From Enterobacter phage vB_Ent31: 64,000 nt of DNA. Numbering within the stretch: the stretch's first letter is position 1; each line of letters starts with the position of its first letter. The notes below the pieces were generated by a model. The model worked only from the letters and a program-made list of their open reading frames with translations. It ran no database searches and was not told where the DNA came from. The DNA is taken from the sequence record OR567511.1. One strand, given 5' to 3'. The translations under genes and the position numbers were made by a program. Of this stretch, positions 7,666-16,936 are shown piece by piece.

Positions 7666-8162
7666 CAGATACTTACCACAGTAATAGCTTCAGGAGCTTT
7701 AGGAATAACGATATCTTCTTCGATGTAGAAGAGCTTAAATTTTTCAGCTACACGCATGAAGTCAGTATCATAACCAACTGGAGTTCCAATCAATTCTTGG
7801 ATTTTATCCATCACTTTATACTGAACTTGATAGAAATCTTCAAGACGAGCATCGAATTCATCTTCAGTATAATTGCCTTCTGGGATTACAAAGCCAAGCA
7901 CTTCTGAACAGAACTCTGGAGTGATTTCTTCATTTTCAACACAATATTCAAAGAAAGCATCACCGGAATAATCTTCGTTACCCATTCCATTAGGGTCTGA
8001 ATTATCAGACGCGAAACATTTCGCAACGGCACACCAACCTGAAATGTGTCTAGCATTTACATTATAAATCACATTCTCTTGATAATCATCGCCGTCGTTT
8101 TCCCATGATACACATGATACTGCATAGCCTTTAGGGATAGTTTGACCAAAGCGGAGTTCCAT
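7665..8162 (-). CDS. hypothetical acidic protein (165 aa)
   Basis: ORF only. Confidence 0.45.
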   Translation of the reverse strand: MELRFGQTIPKGYAVSCVSWENDGDDYQENVIYNVNARHISGWCAVAKCFASDNSDPNGMGNEDYSGDAFFEYCVENEEITPEFCSEVLGFVIPEGNYTEDEFDARLEDFYQVQYKVMDKIQELIGTPVGYDTDFMRVAEKFKLFYIEEDIVIPKAPEAITVVSI

Positions 8163-8172
8163 AATATTTCCT

Positions 8173-8577
8173 TCAATTAAATGGTGGAAGTGGTTTCATG
8201 TACAAATCTATCAACATACGCCATTTAGCAATTACTTCAGCATACGTATCATTGCATAAAAATCGTGTGATGTCAGAATAATCAATTGCTGGTAGCGGAG
8301 TTAAATGATTCATCAATTCGCGAGGAAATTGATTAAAGCATTTCATCATATCTTTGTAAACATAATCAAGTAAGTCTTGAACAGAGAAGAACTCAGTGTT
8401 TCGTCCTTCTTTGGAATACCGATATTTCAGAAATTTCCAATGGCCGGAGTCTCTGTCTTGAGTGAATGCGTAGTCACTATGTAACATGACATTACGAACT
8501 AAATCTTCAGAGAAGAAGATGGAGTGAGTGCAACCATAATAAATCATAATATTTTCCTCAGAATTTGGTGGCCCCAT
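8173..8577 (-). CDS. hypothetical protein (134 aa)
   Basis: ORF only. Confidence 0.45.
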   Translation of the reverse strand: MGPPNSEENIMIYYGCTHSIFFSEDLVRNVMLHSDYAFTQDRDSGHWKFLKYRYSKEGRNTEFFSVQDLLDYVYKDMMKCFNQFPRELMNHLTPLPAIDYSDITRFLCNDTYAEVIAKWRMLIDLYMKPLPPFN

Positions 8578-8641
8578 CCGGATTCGAACCGAAAACCTAC
8601 CAGTTATGAGCCGGGTGCTCTACCAATTGAGCTATAGGGCC
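8569..8641 (-). tRNA. tRNA with anticodon CAU (Met, or Ile2 if lysidine-modified as in T4 tRNA-Ile)
   Basis: Acceptor GGCCCTA/TGGGGCC with CCA encoded. D-arm GCTC-AATTGGTA-GAGC. Anticodon loop CTCATAA. T-loop TTCGAAT. Isolated between protein genes. Confidence 0.6.
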
Positions 8642-8665
8642 AAAGTCCTCCGAAGAGGACGAATG

Positions 8666-8890
8666 TTATTCAACCATGAAATCTGCTACTTCATCAAAGT
8701 CGTTATCAATAACAACAGTAAATGGCAGAGCTTCATCGCTTGTTTTGATAGTCAGCTTAACGAAGCCATCGACAGTTTCAACCAAACCTACAATTTTATC
8801 AGAACGTACTACAGCACGAGCTACGTCAACAATTTTACCAGTCAGTGCAAATGTAGCGATTTGGTTAACTTCAACAACGATACGTTTCAT
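8666..8890 (-). CDS. hypothetical protein (74 aa)
   Basis: ORF only. Confidence 0.35.
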   Translation of the reverse strand: MKRIVVEVNQIATFALTGKIVDVARAVVRSDKIVGLVETVDGFVKLTIKTSDEALPFTVVIDNDFDEVADFMVE

Positions 8891-8931
8891 TCTTTTTCCT
8901 TAGTGGTTTTGATGTAGTAATAATAACATCA

Positions 8932-9489
8932 TTATTTTAAAGCGTAATATCTGAACGGATTGATATGAAATGATAACATTGCTCTGTCATTCTTTTCAGG
9001 CTTATCAACTTCAGATTTCAGTTTCCACCCACAGTAAACTCGTAAGCAGAATTGAATTTTTCCAATTTTAAGCCAAGGCTGATATCCAAATACACCCCAA
9101 GCTGATTCATTCCACATAAGCAACCAACCGTTAGATTTACCGTTAGATTCTACAGTCGGATTGCCCTTCCATTTAAACTCTGAAGTAGCTTCTCGTCCAA
9201 GAACATAATAAGCAAAGTTATATGCTTTATTTCGCCATAGCCATGCTACGCGTTGCATATATTTTCCAACGATCGGAATTTTACGAATCTTTTCCCAGCG
9301 CTTAACATGACCGCCATCTCCGTCAATTGGATTATCAAATGTCATCATCCAATTGAATCCATATGGAAGTTTTCCGCTAACTTCATTATAGAATGGAACT
9401 ACAAATGGAGCAAGCAAAATAGCTAGCACGCCAGTAATCCAATCAAGTGGTACAAGAACAATATAACTTAAGTATTTTAGCAGTTTCAT
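8932..9489 (-). CDS. membrane protein (N-terminal TM helix); start set to MKLLKYLSY
   Basis: The longer track ORF would overlap tRNA-Phe. The internal ATG at 9489 is preceded by AAGGAG. Confidence 0.5.
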   Translation of the reverse strand: MKLLKYLSYIVLVPLDWITGVLAILLAPFVVPFYNEVSGKLPYGFNWMMTFDNPIDGDGGHVKRWEKIRKIPIVGKYMQRVAWLWRNKAYNFAYYVLGREATSEFKWKGNPTVESNGKSNGWLLMWNESAWGVFGYQPWLKIGKIQFCLRVYCGWKLKSEVDKPEKNDRAMLSFHINPFRYYALK

Positions 9490-9559
9490 AGTAGTCTCCT
9501 TTGACACTCTATTTATGCTAAAAAGCCCGAACAGATTTCTCTGCTCGGGCGTTGTTTGG

Positions 9560-9631
9560 TGGGAAGTGTTGGAATCGAACCAACCTCTCATGCTCTTCAG
9601 GCACGCGCTAATCCATCTCAGCTAACTTCCC
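9560..9631 (-). tRNA. tRNA-Phe (anticodon GAA)
   Basis: Acceptor GGGAAGT/ACTTCCC with CCA encoded. Anticodon arm CGTGC-CTGAAGA-GCATG. T-arm GTTGG-TTCGATT-CCAAC. Confidence 0.75.
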
Positions 9632-9635
9632 TTGG

Positions 9636-9709
9636 TCTCCATACGAGGATTTGAACCTCGGACCCTCTGGTCCCAAACCAGATGCTCTACCAGACTGAGC
9701 TACACGGAG
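9636..9709 (-). tRNA. tRNA-Pro (anticodon UGG)
   Basis: D-arm GCTC-AGTCTGGTA-GAGC. Anticodon arm TCTGG-TTTGGGA-CCAGA. T-arm CGAGG-TTCAAAT-CCTCG. CCA encoded. Confidence 0.7.
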
Positions 9710-9806
9710 ATATTTTTCAGGATGGACGCCACTCTACATTTATGGGTCGAGTCTCCATCATAAAACGTCACGGTCCTCGGCGATTTTCCGTGGTCTGAAA
9801 ATTTGG

Positions 9807-9878
9807 AGCATCCAGAGAGAATCGAACTCTCATCTACTGGGTGGAAGCCAGTCATAATAGCCGCTATACGATGGATGC
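9807..9878 (-). tRNA. tRNA-Gly (anticodon UCC)
   Basis: Acceptor GCATCCA/TGGATGC. Anticodon arm ACTGG-CTTCCAC-CCAGT. T-arm GAGAG-TTCGATT-CTCTC. CCA encoded. Confidence 0.7.
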
Positions 9879-9886
9879 AAATTTGG

Positions 9887-9958
9887 CAGGCCCTGAAGGA
9901 ATCGAACCCTCATCACTGGGTTTGGAGCCCAGCATAATAGCCGTTATACTAAGAACCT
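9887..9958 (-). tRNA. tRNA-Trp (anticodon CCA)
   Basis: Anticodon arm CTGGG-CTCCAAA-CCCAG. T-loop TTCGATT. Acceptor has two G-U pairs. CCA encoded. Confidence 0.65.
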
Positions 9959-9967
9959 GTTATTTGG

Positions 9968-10040
9968 TGGGAGTAACTGGACTCGAACCAGTCACCGCTC
10001 GATTATCGGTCGAGAGCTCTACCAAATGAGATATACTCCC
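9968..10040 (-). tRNA. tRNA-Ile (anticodon GAU), copy 1
   Basis: Acceptor GGGAGTA/TACTCCC. Anticodon arm CTCGA-CCGATAA-TCGAG. T-arm ACTGG-TTCGAGT-CCAGT. CCA encoded. Confidence 0.7.
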
Positions 10041-10109
10041 ATGGAAAGCTAATCATCTAATTGTTGATGTACCACTGCTATGGACAGTGTTTAACTTTCA
10101 TAAATTTGG

Positions 10110-10191
10110 CGGAGAGTAAAGGAGTTGAACCCTCACCGTTTCCGATGGCCCGGATTTCAAGTCCGGTTTGCTACCACTAGCGCTACTCTCC
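10110..10191 (-). tRNA. tRNA-Ser (anticodon UGA), class II
   Basis: Acceptor GGAGAGT/ACTCTCC. Anticodon arm CCGGA-CTTGAAA-TCCGG. 16-nt variable arm. T-loop TTCAACT. CCA encoded. T4 has Ser(UGA). Confidence 0.7.
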
Positions 10192-10197
10192 AGTATT

Positions 10198-10283
10198 TGG
10201 TGAAGGAAGTGTCATATAGACACAATTCGCTTAGCGACAGCCACAGCGTTTTGCGGGCCGTGTATTTTTCCACCATTCCTTCA
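10198..10283 (-). ncRNA. tRNA-like element with a perfect acceptor stem and CCA, but no canonical T-loop
   Basis: Reverse complement is TGAAGGA...GTGTC-TATATGA-GACAC-TTCCTTCA-CCA. The 7-bp acceptor is perfect, CCA is encoded, and it is about 86 nt long. The T-loop is TATATGA instead of TTCRAAT. Confidence 0.3.
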
Positions 10284-10290
10284 TTGTTGG

Positions 10291-10363
10291 GGTGACCGGA
10301 CGGATTTGAACCGTCGACGGCAGCAATCACAATGCTGAGTTCTACCAACTGAACTACGGCCAC
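10291..10363 (-). tRNA. tRNA-His (anticodon GUG)
   Basis: Anticodon arm TCAGC-ATTGTGA-TTGCTG. T-arm GACGG-TTCAAAT-CCGTC. Acceptor GTGGCCG/CGGTCAC. CCA encoded. Confidence 0.65.
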
Positions 10364-10458
10364 ATCAATATTCACTCCATCATGAGGACTTCATACGAAA
10401 TTAAGAGAAGAATGATTAGTTCAACCCCTGTAGACGCGTTGAATGAATATTAATTTGG

Positions 10459-10530
10459 CTGGACTATCTGGATTCGAACCAGAGATACCGGAGTCAAAGG
10501 CCGGTGACTTAACCGCTTGTCTATAGTCCA
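10459..10530 (-). tRNA. tRNA-Gln (anticodon UUG)
   Basis: Acceptor TGGACTA/TAGTCCA. Anticodon arm CCGGC-CTTTGAC-TCCGG. T-arm TCTGG-TTCGAAT-CCAGA. CCA encoded. Confidence 0.6.
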
Positions 10531-10539
10531 ATTGTTTGG

Positions 10540-10613
10540 AGGCGGGTGATGGACTCGAACCATCGCGTAACGGGATATGAACCCGTCATTCTACCAACTG
10601 AAGTTAACCCGCA
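10540..10613 (-). tRNA. tRNA-Met (anticodon CAU) with initiator-like features
   Basis: Anticodon arm ACGGG-TTCATAT-CCCGT has three G-C pairs next to the loop. Positions 1-72 are mismatched (T opposite C). T-arm GATGG-TTCGAGT-CCATC. CCA encoded. Confidence 0.6.
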
Positions 10614-10773
10614 TTTATCCGGGTTCTTGAAGTACTAACAAGTAGCTTGATGTAGAACACGCTAAAGATATAATCTTCCGAATATAGAGCTTATCCCGTG
10701 GGAACAAACAGCTTCGTCCTCGGCATTATCTTATAGGACTCAAACTCATCTTCAAGAACTGCCTCATATTTGG

Positions 10774-10847
10774 CAGTGCTGACGGGTTTCGAACCCGCGA
10801 TCTCTCCCGTGACAGGGGAGTGTCTTGACCATCTCGACTACAGCACT
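10774..10847 (-). tRNA. tRNA-Asp (anticodon GUC)
   Basis: Acceptor AGTGCTG/CAGCACT. Anticodon arm CTCCC-CTGTCAC-GGGAG. T-arm GCGGG-TTCGAAA-CCCGT. CCA encoded. Confidence 0.75.
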
Positions 10848-11096
10848 ATAAATTTACTTTCGTGAGTATGGGATTACCCTCAAGCCTTCCGGAAAGCTGA
10901 ATAGGCGTTATTGGCTCTCATATACCCGTGCACAGATATAATCTTCATTAACACAATAACTTCATCAATATACTCCGAAAGTAAACTTTCGGCGCCGTAT
11001 TTAATTTGAGCTATGTGGTTATCGTTGAGGGAACTCATAGTCAGGGATTAAAGTGCCGACGACTTTGTCAGAACGTCTTCCAACTTCTATATTTGG

Positions 11097-11178
11097 CGGG
11101 TCGTGCAGGTATCGAACCTGCCTAGTCATTTCTGACACGGATTAACAGTCCGCCGCTTACCCTCTCAGCCAACGACCC
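11097..11178 (-). tRNA. class II-type tRNA with anticodon GUU (formally Asn); atypical
   Basis: Acceptor GGGTCGT/ACGACCC. D-stem 3 bp. Anticodon arm GCGGA-CTGTTAA-TCCGT. 15-nt variable arm with stem GTCA/TGAC. T-arm GCAGG-TTCGATA-CCTGC. CCA encoded. Confidence 0.5.
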
Positions 11179-11186
11179 TAAATTTG

Positions 11187-11259
11187 GTTCTCCGTAAGAG
11201 AATTGAACTCTTCTTTCCGACGTGAAAGGTCGGCGTCCTAACCGATAGACGAACGGAGA
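11187..11259 (-). tRNA. tRNA-Glu (anticodon UUC)
   Basis: Acceptor TCTCCGT/ACGGAGA. Anticodon arm CCGAC-CTTTCAC-GTCGG. T-arm AAGAG-TTCAATT-CTCTT. CCA encoded. Confidence 0.75.
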
Positions 11260-11263
11260 TTGG

Positions 11264-11337
11264 TAGGACACGAAAGATTCGAACTTTCGACACCCGGATT
11301 AAAAGTCCGGTGCTCTAACCAGCTGAGCTAGTGTCCT
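11264..11337 (-). tRNA. tRNA-Lys (anticodon UUU)
   Basis: Acceptor AGGACAC/GTGTCCT. Anticodon arm CCGGA-CTTTTAA-TCCGG. T-arm GAAAG-TTCGAAT-CTTTC. CCA encoded. Confidence 0.75.
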
Positions 11338-11378
11338 GTAGATATTTATAATATCAAAAATATCTTTAAGCAAATTGG

Positions 11379-11451
11379 TGGGAATAACTGGACTCGAACC
11401 AGTGACCTAACGATTATCGGTCGTTTGCTCTACCAACTGAGCTATATTCCC
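11379..11451 (-). tRNA. tRNA-Ile (anticodon GAU), copy 2
   Basis: Acceptor GGGAATA/TATTCCC. Anticodon arm AACGA-CCGATAA-TCGTT. T-arm ACTGG-TTCGAGT-CCAGT. CCA encoded. Confidence 0.7.
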
Positions 11452-11460
11452 GGAATTTGG

Positions 11461-11545
11461 TGGGGAGTGATGGAGTCGAACCACCCGAGTCGCAATGACA
11501 ACAGATTTACAGTCTGCACCGCTACCTCTACGGAATTAACTCCCC
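11461..11545 (-). tRNA. tRNA-Tyr (anticodon GUA), class II
   Basis: Acceptor GGGGAGT/ACTCCCC. Anticodon arm GCAGA-CTGTAAA-TCTGT. Long variable arm. T-arm GGTGG-TTCGACT-CCATC. CCA encoded. Confidence 0.75.
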
Positions 11546-11550
11546 GAAAT

Positions 11551-11910
11551 TTATTTAAGAACTGTAGAATTCATGGACTTAACCAAGAAAACTTGATGTG
11601 GCGAACGAAGTGAACCTTCAATATAACGATGTTCTGGAAATCGTGTTGAAGTTTGGAAACCAGCTATACGATAACCTTGTTCAGTCCAACCCAAAAGTAT
11701 ACCAACCATGCATCCAGAAGTTTTTCCGCCTTTATCAAAGGCTACAATATCACCAGGAGCAATTTCATTACCCATTGAATCAGGCTTAATCCATTGTGGA
11801 GTAACCAGTTCTATAGGTATATTTATACCGCTTGAAAATTCGTAGTATTCGTCAGAACGAAGACCTTTGATATCATTAAACAGTTTGTTCCAGGTGTTGC
11901 TGATGCTCAT
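11551..11910 (-). CDS. hypothetical protein (119 aa)
   Basis: ORF ending next to tRNA-Tyr. Confidence 0.4.
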   Translation of the reverse strand: MSISNTWNKLFNDIKGLRSDEYYEFSSGINIPIELVTPQWIKPDSMGNEIAPGDIVAFDKGGKTSGCMVGILLGWTEQGYRIAGFQTSTRFPEHRYIEGSLRSPHQVFLVKSMNSTVLK

Positions 11911-12136
11911 AATGTTCTCTCGCAGTATTTTGGTGAATCAACGATAATTCATCGAAGATTGACTTCATTGCATTTTTCACAAAAACTTTTTCAGATGGCT
12001 CCATCGACGTATTGTTGATGATTCTTGCCATTCGTTCTTTTAGCTTCTTTTTCCGATTCCGGACCGTCTCCTTAGAAGCGGTCCTCATGTGAGCAAGATT
12101 AGTCATCATGTTCCGTCGATAGATTAATAATATCAA
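11876..12136 (-). CDS. hypothetical basic protein (86 aa)
   Basis: ORF only. Confidence 0.3.
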   Translation of the reverse strand: MILLIYRRNMMTNLAHMRTASKETVRNRKKKLKERMARIINNTSMEPSEKVFVKNAMKSIFDELSLIHQNTAREHYEHQQHLEQTV

Positions 12137-12152
12137 GTAGTTCTTTAAGCAT

Positions 12153-12352
12153 TTAACTGCGTTTGTATGCGTGGTGAATCAGAATACCAAGTACACCACA
12201 AGAAACTATAGCGCTTTTAATAATAGTTAAAACAACGCCAGTAGCAATGCCGATAAGAATCCAGTCAAACTTATTCATCGGAGAGTCGACATCATAAGTC
12301 TTCTTAGCCCACGCTTTAGCTTTGACGAACAGTTCTTTAATTTGAGTCATTT
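12153..12352 (-). CDS. small membrane protein; start at MTQIKELF, ATGA-coupled to the upstream ORF
   Basis: Hydrophobic segment WILIGIATGVVLTIIKSAIVSCGVLGILI. Confidence 0.35.
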
Positions 12353-12516
12353 GCAATTTTATCCATAACGAATGAAATGATACCAGCAACGAGTGTAAGT
12401 ACTACGCTACTGATGAGTTCAGAATTTGAAAGGAACGGCCATCCGAAGATTGAAGTTCCAAGTGCTCCCAGGGTTACTACAGTAAAGATGTTTCCGATGA
12501 TTTCGCAACGTTTCAT
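12349..12516 (-). CDS. small membrane protein (about 55 aa), not in the ORF track
   Basis: Read manually: MKRCEIIGNIFTVVTLGALGTSIFGWPFLSNSELISSVVLTLVAGIISFVMDKIANDSN. Confidence 0.3.
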
Positions 12517-12581
12517 TTTTAATCTCCTTGTGTTGATAGGGCTATAGTATCATAGCCCTCAAGGAAAGTAAACGGCTAAAA

Positions 12582-13592
<1,011 letters not shown>

Positions 13593-13596
<4 letters not shown>

Positions 13597-14321
13597 TTAA
13601 TTACCTTTTCAATTTTAGAATAGAGGTCCTCTAAAGAACCATCGTTTGTTATTACAATATCACCGTCTCTGATTGGTAAACCAGCTTCAGTGATGTGAGT
13701 ATCTTGTGAACTTTCACTATCTGGACGAACTACATGAATTACTGTAGCACCCATCGCCCGAGCAGCATCGAGTTCATGGTCCTGACGAGTATCTGGAACA
13801 ATGTAAAAATCCAGGTCGTCATGGAAGCTATCGACATAATCAATAGCGAATAACTTCAACCAATACATGCGGTCAACCATGTTGCAGAAAATATCAGTCC
13901 CAAGGGTCTGCATGAGACGACGTACTGTCCATGGTTTGGTATTTTTATTTATTAGGGCTTCAATCTTGGTATTTCCACTGAATGAAAAATCACCATTGTC
14001 ATGAATGAAGAACCCGTTTTCTCTTTTTCCAGCTTTTAATTTGCGGTCCAAAAGACGATAAACACACCGTTTCATGTAATCGATGACGTCTTTGTTATTC
14101 AGCAACAGAATCTGTTCGCGGTCATAACCTTTACCTTCAAAATCAAGGCGGTTCAAAGATACACCAGTTTTTTGGGTCAAATCTGGATTCCAGCAATCAG
14201 CTAATGTATCTTTAATTGGACCAGCAAGCTGGAACTTTTTAGTTTTGTAGTTATTCGCAAGATAGTCAGCGGTGGTATCTTTACCTGACCGTTTCTTACC
14301 TATGATGAAAATAAGTTTCAT
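13593..14321 (-). CDS. 1: gp1 deoxynucleoside monophosphate kinase
   Basis: 242 aa (T4 241 aa). P-loop GKKRSGKDT. Synteny. Confidence 0.85.
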
Positions 14322-14322
14322 A

Positions 14323-14913
14323 TTACCTCATAGAAGGATGCATTCCAACAGATGAACGAGACTGAGCAGCCTGTTCGATATTTTGTTTACCTACTATGAT
14401 TTTACCATCTTTTTCTATTTGCAAATACTTGAATGGGAACATTGCAGTGCAAATAACCGCTGGGTCAGTATCTTCAGTATAACTGAATTCTACTTCGCCT
14501 AAATCAGAACACCAAGCTCCATAATAATGAAAACTCATTACAATTTTCTTCTTGGAGTTATCAAGCATATGCACAGAAACATGAGGTGGAACGAATCCGG
14601 GTTTCCACGCTTGAGAGTTAAAATCTACGTAGTTGTTAATCGAAAGCATCCATTGATACATCTGAAGCCAAGAGTTTAGGTCTTCATCGACTAAAAAGCG
14701 TATGACCAGTGGGTCATGCTCAAAAGTTGAGCCTGGCAGTTGAGAACGTGCTAGACCACCTTGTCCAGATGGAGTTTCAGTGATAGGGATGCGTATACCT
14801 GGTATATTAGCTGATTGCACGTTAAGCGTAAAAGCTTTTGTCAATCCAGCATCAGGAATATCTACTATAAAGTTAGTAATATTCGTTTGGTTAAAAAGTT
14901 GATTAGCGTCCAA
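14323..14913 (-). CDS. 3: gp3 tail tube terminator / sheath stabiliser
   Basis: Position between genes 1 and 2 as in T4. Confidence 0.65.
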   Translation of the reverse strand: MDANQLFNQTNITNFIVDIPDAGLTKAFTLNVQSANIPGIRIPITETPSGQGGLARSQLPGSTFEHDPLVIRFLVDEDLNSWLQMYQWMLSINNYVDFNSQAWKPGFVPPHVSVHMLDNSKKKIVMSFHYYGAWCSDLGEVEFSYTEDTDPAVICTAMFPFKYLQIEKDGKIIVGKQNIEQAAQSRSSVGMHPSMR

Positions 14914-14994
14914 TTCGCTTTCCTTCTGAAGTAGTTATAATGGTTTTGAGTTCTTCCGGAGCAATCAATATCAATCAATCCGGAAGAAGATGGA

Positions 14995-15825
14995 TTAAGA
15001 TTTCCAAACAGCAGTAGCAGAATAACGCTTGCCTTTTGACATAAACTGCTGAAGAGGAAGTAGGACAACGTTAGCCCAGTCTGCTGGCTTAATCTCTACT
15101 AAACTTCCTTTGATATGACCAGGAAGATAAGCTTTAATCATCTTATCCGCGCCAGCGAAACCTTTAACTTGACTCCAATTAATCTTCAATTTAGTTTTGT
15201 TAGTAATAGTCGGAGTGTTAGCATATTGCTTTAGCAACTCTTCGAGAAACTGTTGTCGTGCTTTTGGTGGAATATAGTGCAAGTTCAAACCATACATCAA
15301 CGTAGTTGAGCCTTGTTTACCCAATCCCAAATAAATAATCAATGGAAATCTATCCCAGAATGGAAGTGTGTCTTTATGCTTAGCATCATACATATAAGCA
15401 TAAAGTTTTCCTGGAGTAGGTTTTGATACCTGATGACCACGAATATTTTTCTTCATAGTCTCGTTGAACCAACGAGCTGACTTATTGTTAACAGCTGCTC
15501 CTTCGTTAGCAATTTTTTGACGAATGCTCTGACGGAAACTGTTAATCATCACAAGCTGTCTTTCTTGACGAGTAAGTTTCTTTGGACTCTTTCCTTCGAG
15601 TTTAGCAACTTGAACAGCTGTCTTAATTCTCGAAGCATATCTGCTCATCGCCTTTGTAAATGTAGCATATTTTATGCCTTTTTCTTCGGCAAAAGATTTG
15701 GCGGTGGCACCTTTCTTTTTCGCTTCAGCATATTCTACACCTATCTCTACCCATTTTCTTTCGTCTTTAGGGACTGTTCGAGCTATCGGTTGAGCACCTT
15801 CATTAAGTAATTCAAATATAGCCAT
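14995..15825 (-). CDS. 2: gp2 DNA end-protector protein
   Basis: The N-terminus [10 protein letters not shown]...[38 protein letters not shown] matches T4 gp2. Start chosen at the internal Met, coupled to the gene 4 stop. Confidence 0.8.
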   Translation of the reverse strand: MAIFELLNEGAQPIARTVPKDERKWVEIGVEYAEAKKKGATAKSFAEEKGIKYATFTKAMSRYASRIKTAVQVAKLEGKSPKKLTRQERQLVMINSFRQSIRQKIANEGAAVNNKSARWFNETMKKNIRGHQVSKPTPGKLYAYMYDAKHKDTLPFWDRFPLIIYLGLGKQGSTTLMYGLNLHYIPPKARQQFLEELLKQYANTPTITNKTKLKINWSQVKGFAGADKMIKAYLPGHIKGSLVEIKPADWANVVLLPLQQFMSKGKRYSATAVWKS

Positions 15826-16274
15826 TAGCCTTTCCACCCTAATCTCTTCAGACCATCTTCTGTGAGCAATCTGAATTTAATGTTATTCTTTTCAGCAACT
15901 TTTTGAGCAGCTGTCCATTTATCCTGATTCACGCTCCACGTGTATATCTCATCAATATATCTTTTCTTTGCTGCTGTGGTAAGTTTAGCAGGCTTTGGAG
16001 GTGGTTGAGTTTCTTTCTTTGGTTTCACTTCAACAAAGAATTCTTGGCCATTTACATCTCTGAACCAAAAGTCCATGAAGTATCTACGTTTTTTGCCATC
16101 CGCATTACAGAAATAAGGAATAACAACTTCTTCACTATTCCATTTAACTATTTCTGGATTTGCATCGAGCCATTTCATGAACCATGACTCCCAGGATGAG
16201 CGATATGTTATTTTACGAATATCACCCCTGTACTTTTCATGGTTCTTAGGCATGAACTTTCCGCTGTAAGCCAT
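15825..16274 (-). CDS. 4: gp4 head completion protein
   Basis: [25 protein letters not shown]...[22 protein letters not shown] is near-identical to T4 gp4 (150 aa). Confidence 0.9.
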   Translation of the reverse strand: MAYSGKFMPKNHEKYRGDIRKITYRSSWESWFMKWLDANPEIVKWNSEEVVIPYFCNADGKKRRYFMDFWFRDVNGQEFFVEVKPKKETQPPPKPAKLTTAAKKRYIDEIYTWSVNQDKWTAAQKVAEKNNIKFRLLTEDGLKRLGWKG

Positions 16275-16887
16275 TTGGATTCTCCTTGCATCTGTCGAAG
16301 TGCCAAGATTTCATTCCGGTTAGTTTACCGGTTTTACCACACCATGGACAAGTCATTGTGATATTTATTTTAGCTATACTTTTTGACTGTTTAGATTTGG
16401 TATCTTCACTTAAAACTTTTCCTAAGTGAGTTTGTCTTATCTTTTCTTTTCCTTCTGGAGTGGTGAAAGATTTACCTTTTAATTTTTCTGACAAAGCAGC
16501 TCTGTGTTTAGCTGATTTTGGTTTACCCTTCGAAGCTAAACTCATTTTACGCCGAGTTTCTTTTGAATGAGTTTTACCAGTCATTCCAGTATGTAATTCA
16601 GCATTCTTTCTTTTAATCCACTCAAACTCTTTATTGTTCCTTATTTGGCCATTCGATGAAGCTGTCATTAATCTACAAGCTTTGGCCAAACCGTGGTTTG
16701 ATGGATTCATTTTGAGTAAAAGCTGATGAGCTACAAAATGTTCTGCGGCATTTAGATAAACTAAATTATCTTTATCGTCTGAACCACCCATGCATCTTGG
16801 AATAATATGATGCAACTCTTTATAGCAATTCAAATTTCGGTCTTTTGCTCTATCCATCAAAGAGTTGTAATGTCTTTGATAGTCCAT
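16246..16887 (-). CDS. HNH homing endonuclease with NUMOD-type DNA-binding repeats
   Basis: HNH motif HHIIPRCMGGSDDKDNLVYLNAAEHFVAH. Three NUMOD3-like repeats (HSKETRRKMSLASKGK, SAKHRAALSEKLKGK, TPEGKEKIRQTHLGK). Inserted between genes 4 and 53, where T4 has no gene. Confidence 0.75.
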   Translation of the reverse strand: MDYQRHYNSLMDRAKDRNLNCYKELHHIIPRCMGGSDDKDNLVYLNAAEHFVAHQLLLKMNPSNHGLAKACRLMTASSNGQIRNNKEFEWIKRKNAELHTGMTGKTHSKETRRKMSLASKGKPKSAKHRAALSEKLKGKSFTTPEGKEKIRQTHLGKVLSEDTKSKQSKSIAKINITMTCPWCGKTGKLTGMKSWHFDRCKENPNGLQRKVHA

Positions 16888-16898
16888 TTCATTTTCCT

Positions 16899-16906
16899 CT
16901 AATAAA
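16899..16906 (-). promoter_or_regulatory. T4 late promoter (TATAAATA on the minus strand) upstream of the HNH gene
   Basis: Plus strand shows TATTTATA, just upstream (for minus-strand transcription) of the start at 16887. Confidence 0.45.
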
Positions 16907-16936
16907 TAATATTACTATTTATAAAGTGGAGGCTTT

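Noticed and set aside
8606-8917. Plus-strand ORFs 8606..8917 and 8676..8903
   Set aside because: They overlap the minus-strand tRNA (8569-8641) and the minus 74-aa ORF. The plus frame is low complexity with no RBS.
9841-10375. ORFs 9841..10029 (+) and 10157..10375 (-)
   Set aside because: They lie entirely within tRNA genes (Gly/Trp/Ile and Ser/tRNA-like/His). Not coding.
10851-11090. 240-nt gap in the tRNA cluster, examined for another tRNA
   Set aside because: No T-loop (GTTCRANYC) or acceptor pairing was found on either strand. Only a short CCGAAAGT/ACTTTCGG hairpin, so no feature is called.
11425-11613. 62-aa plus-strand ORF
   Set aside because: Overlaps tRNA-Ile and tRNA-Tyr on the opposite strand. 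Spurious.
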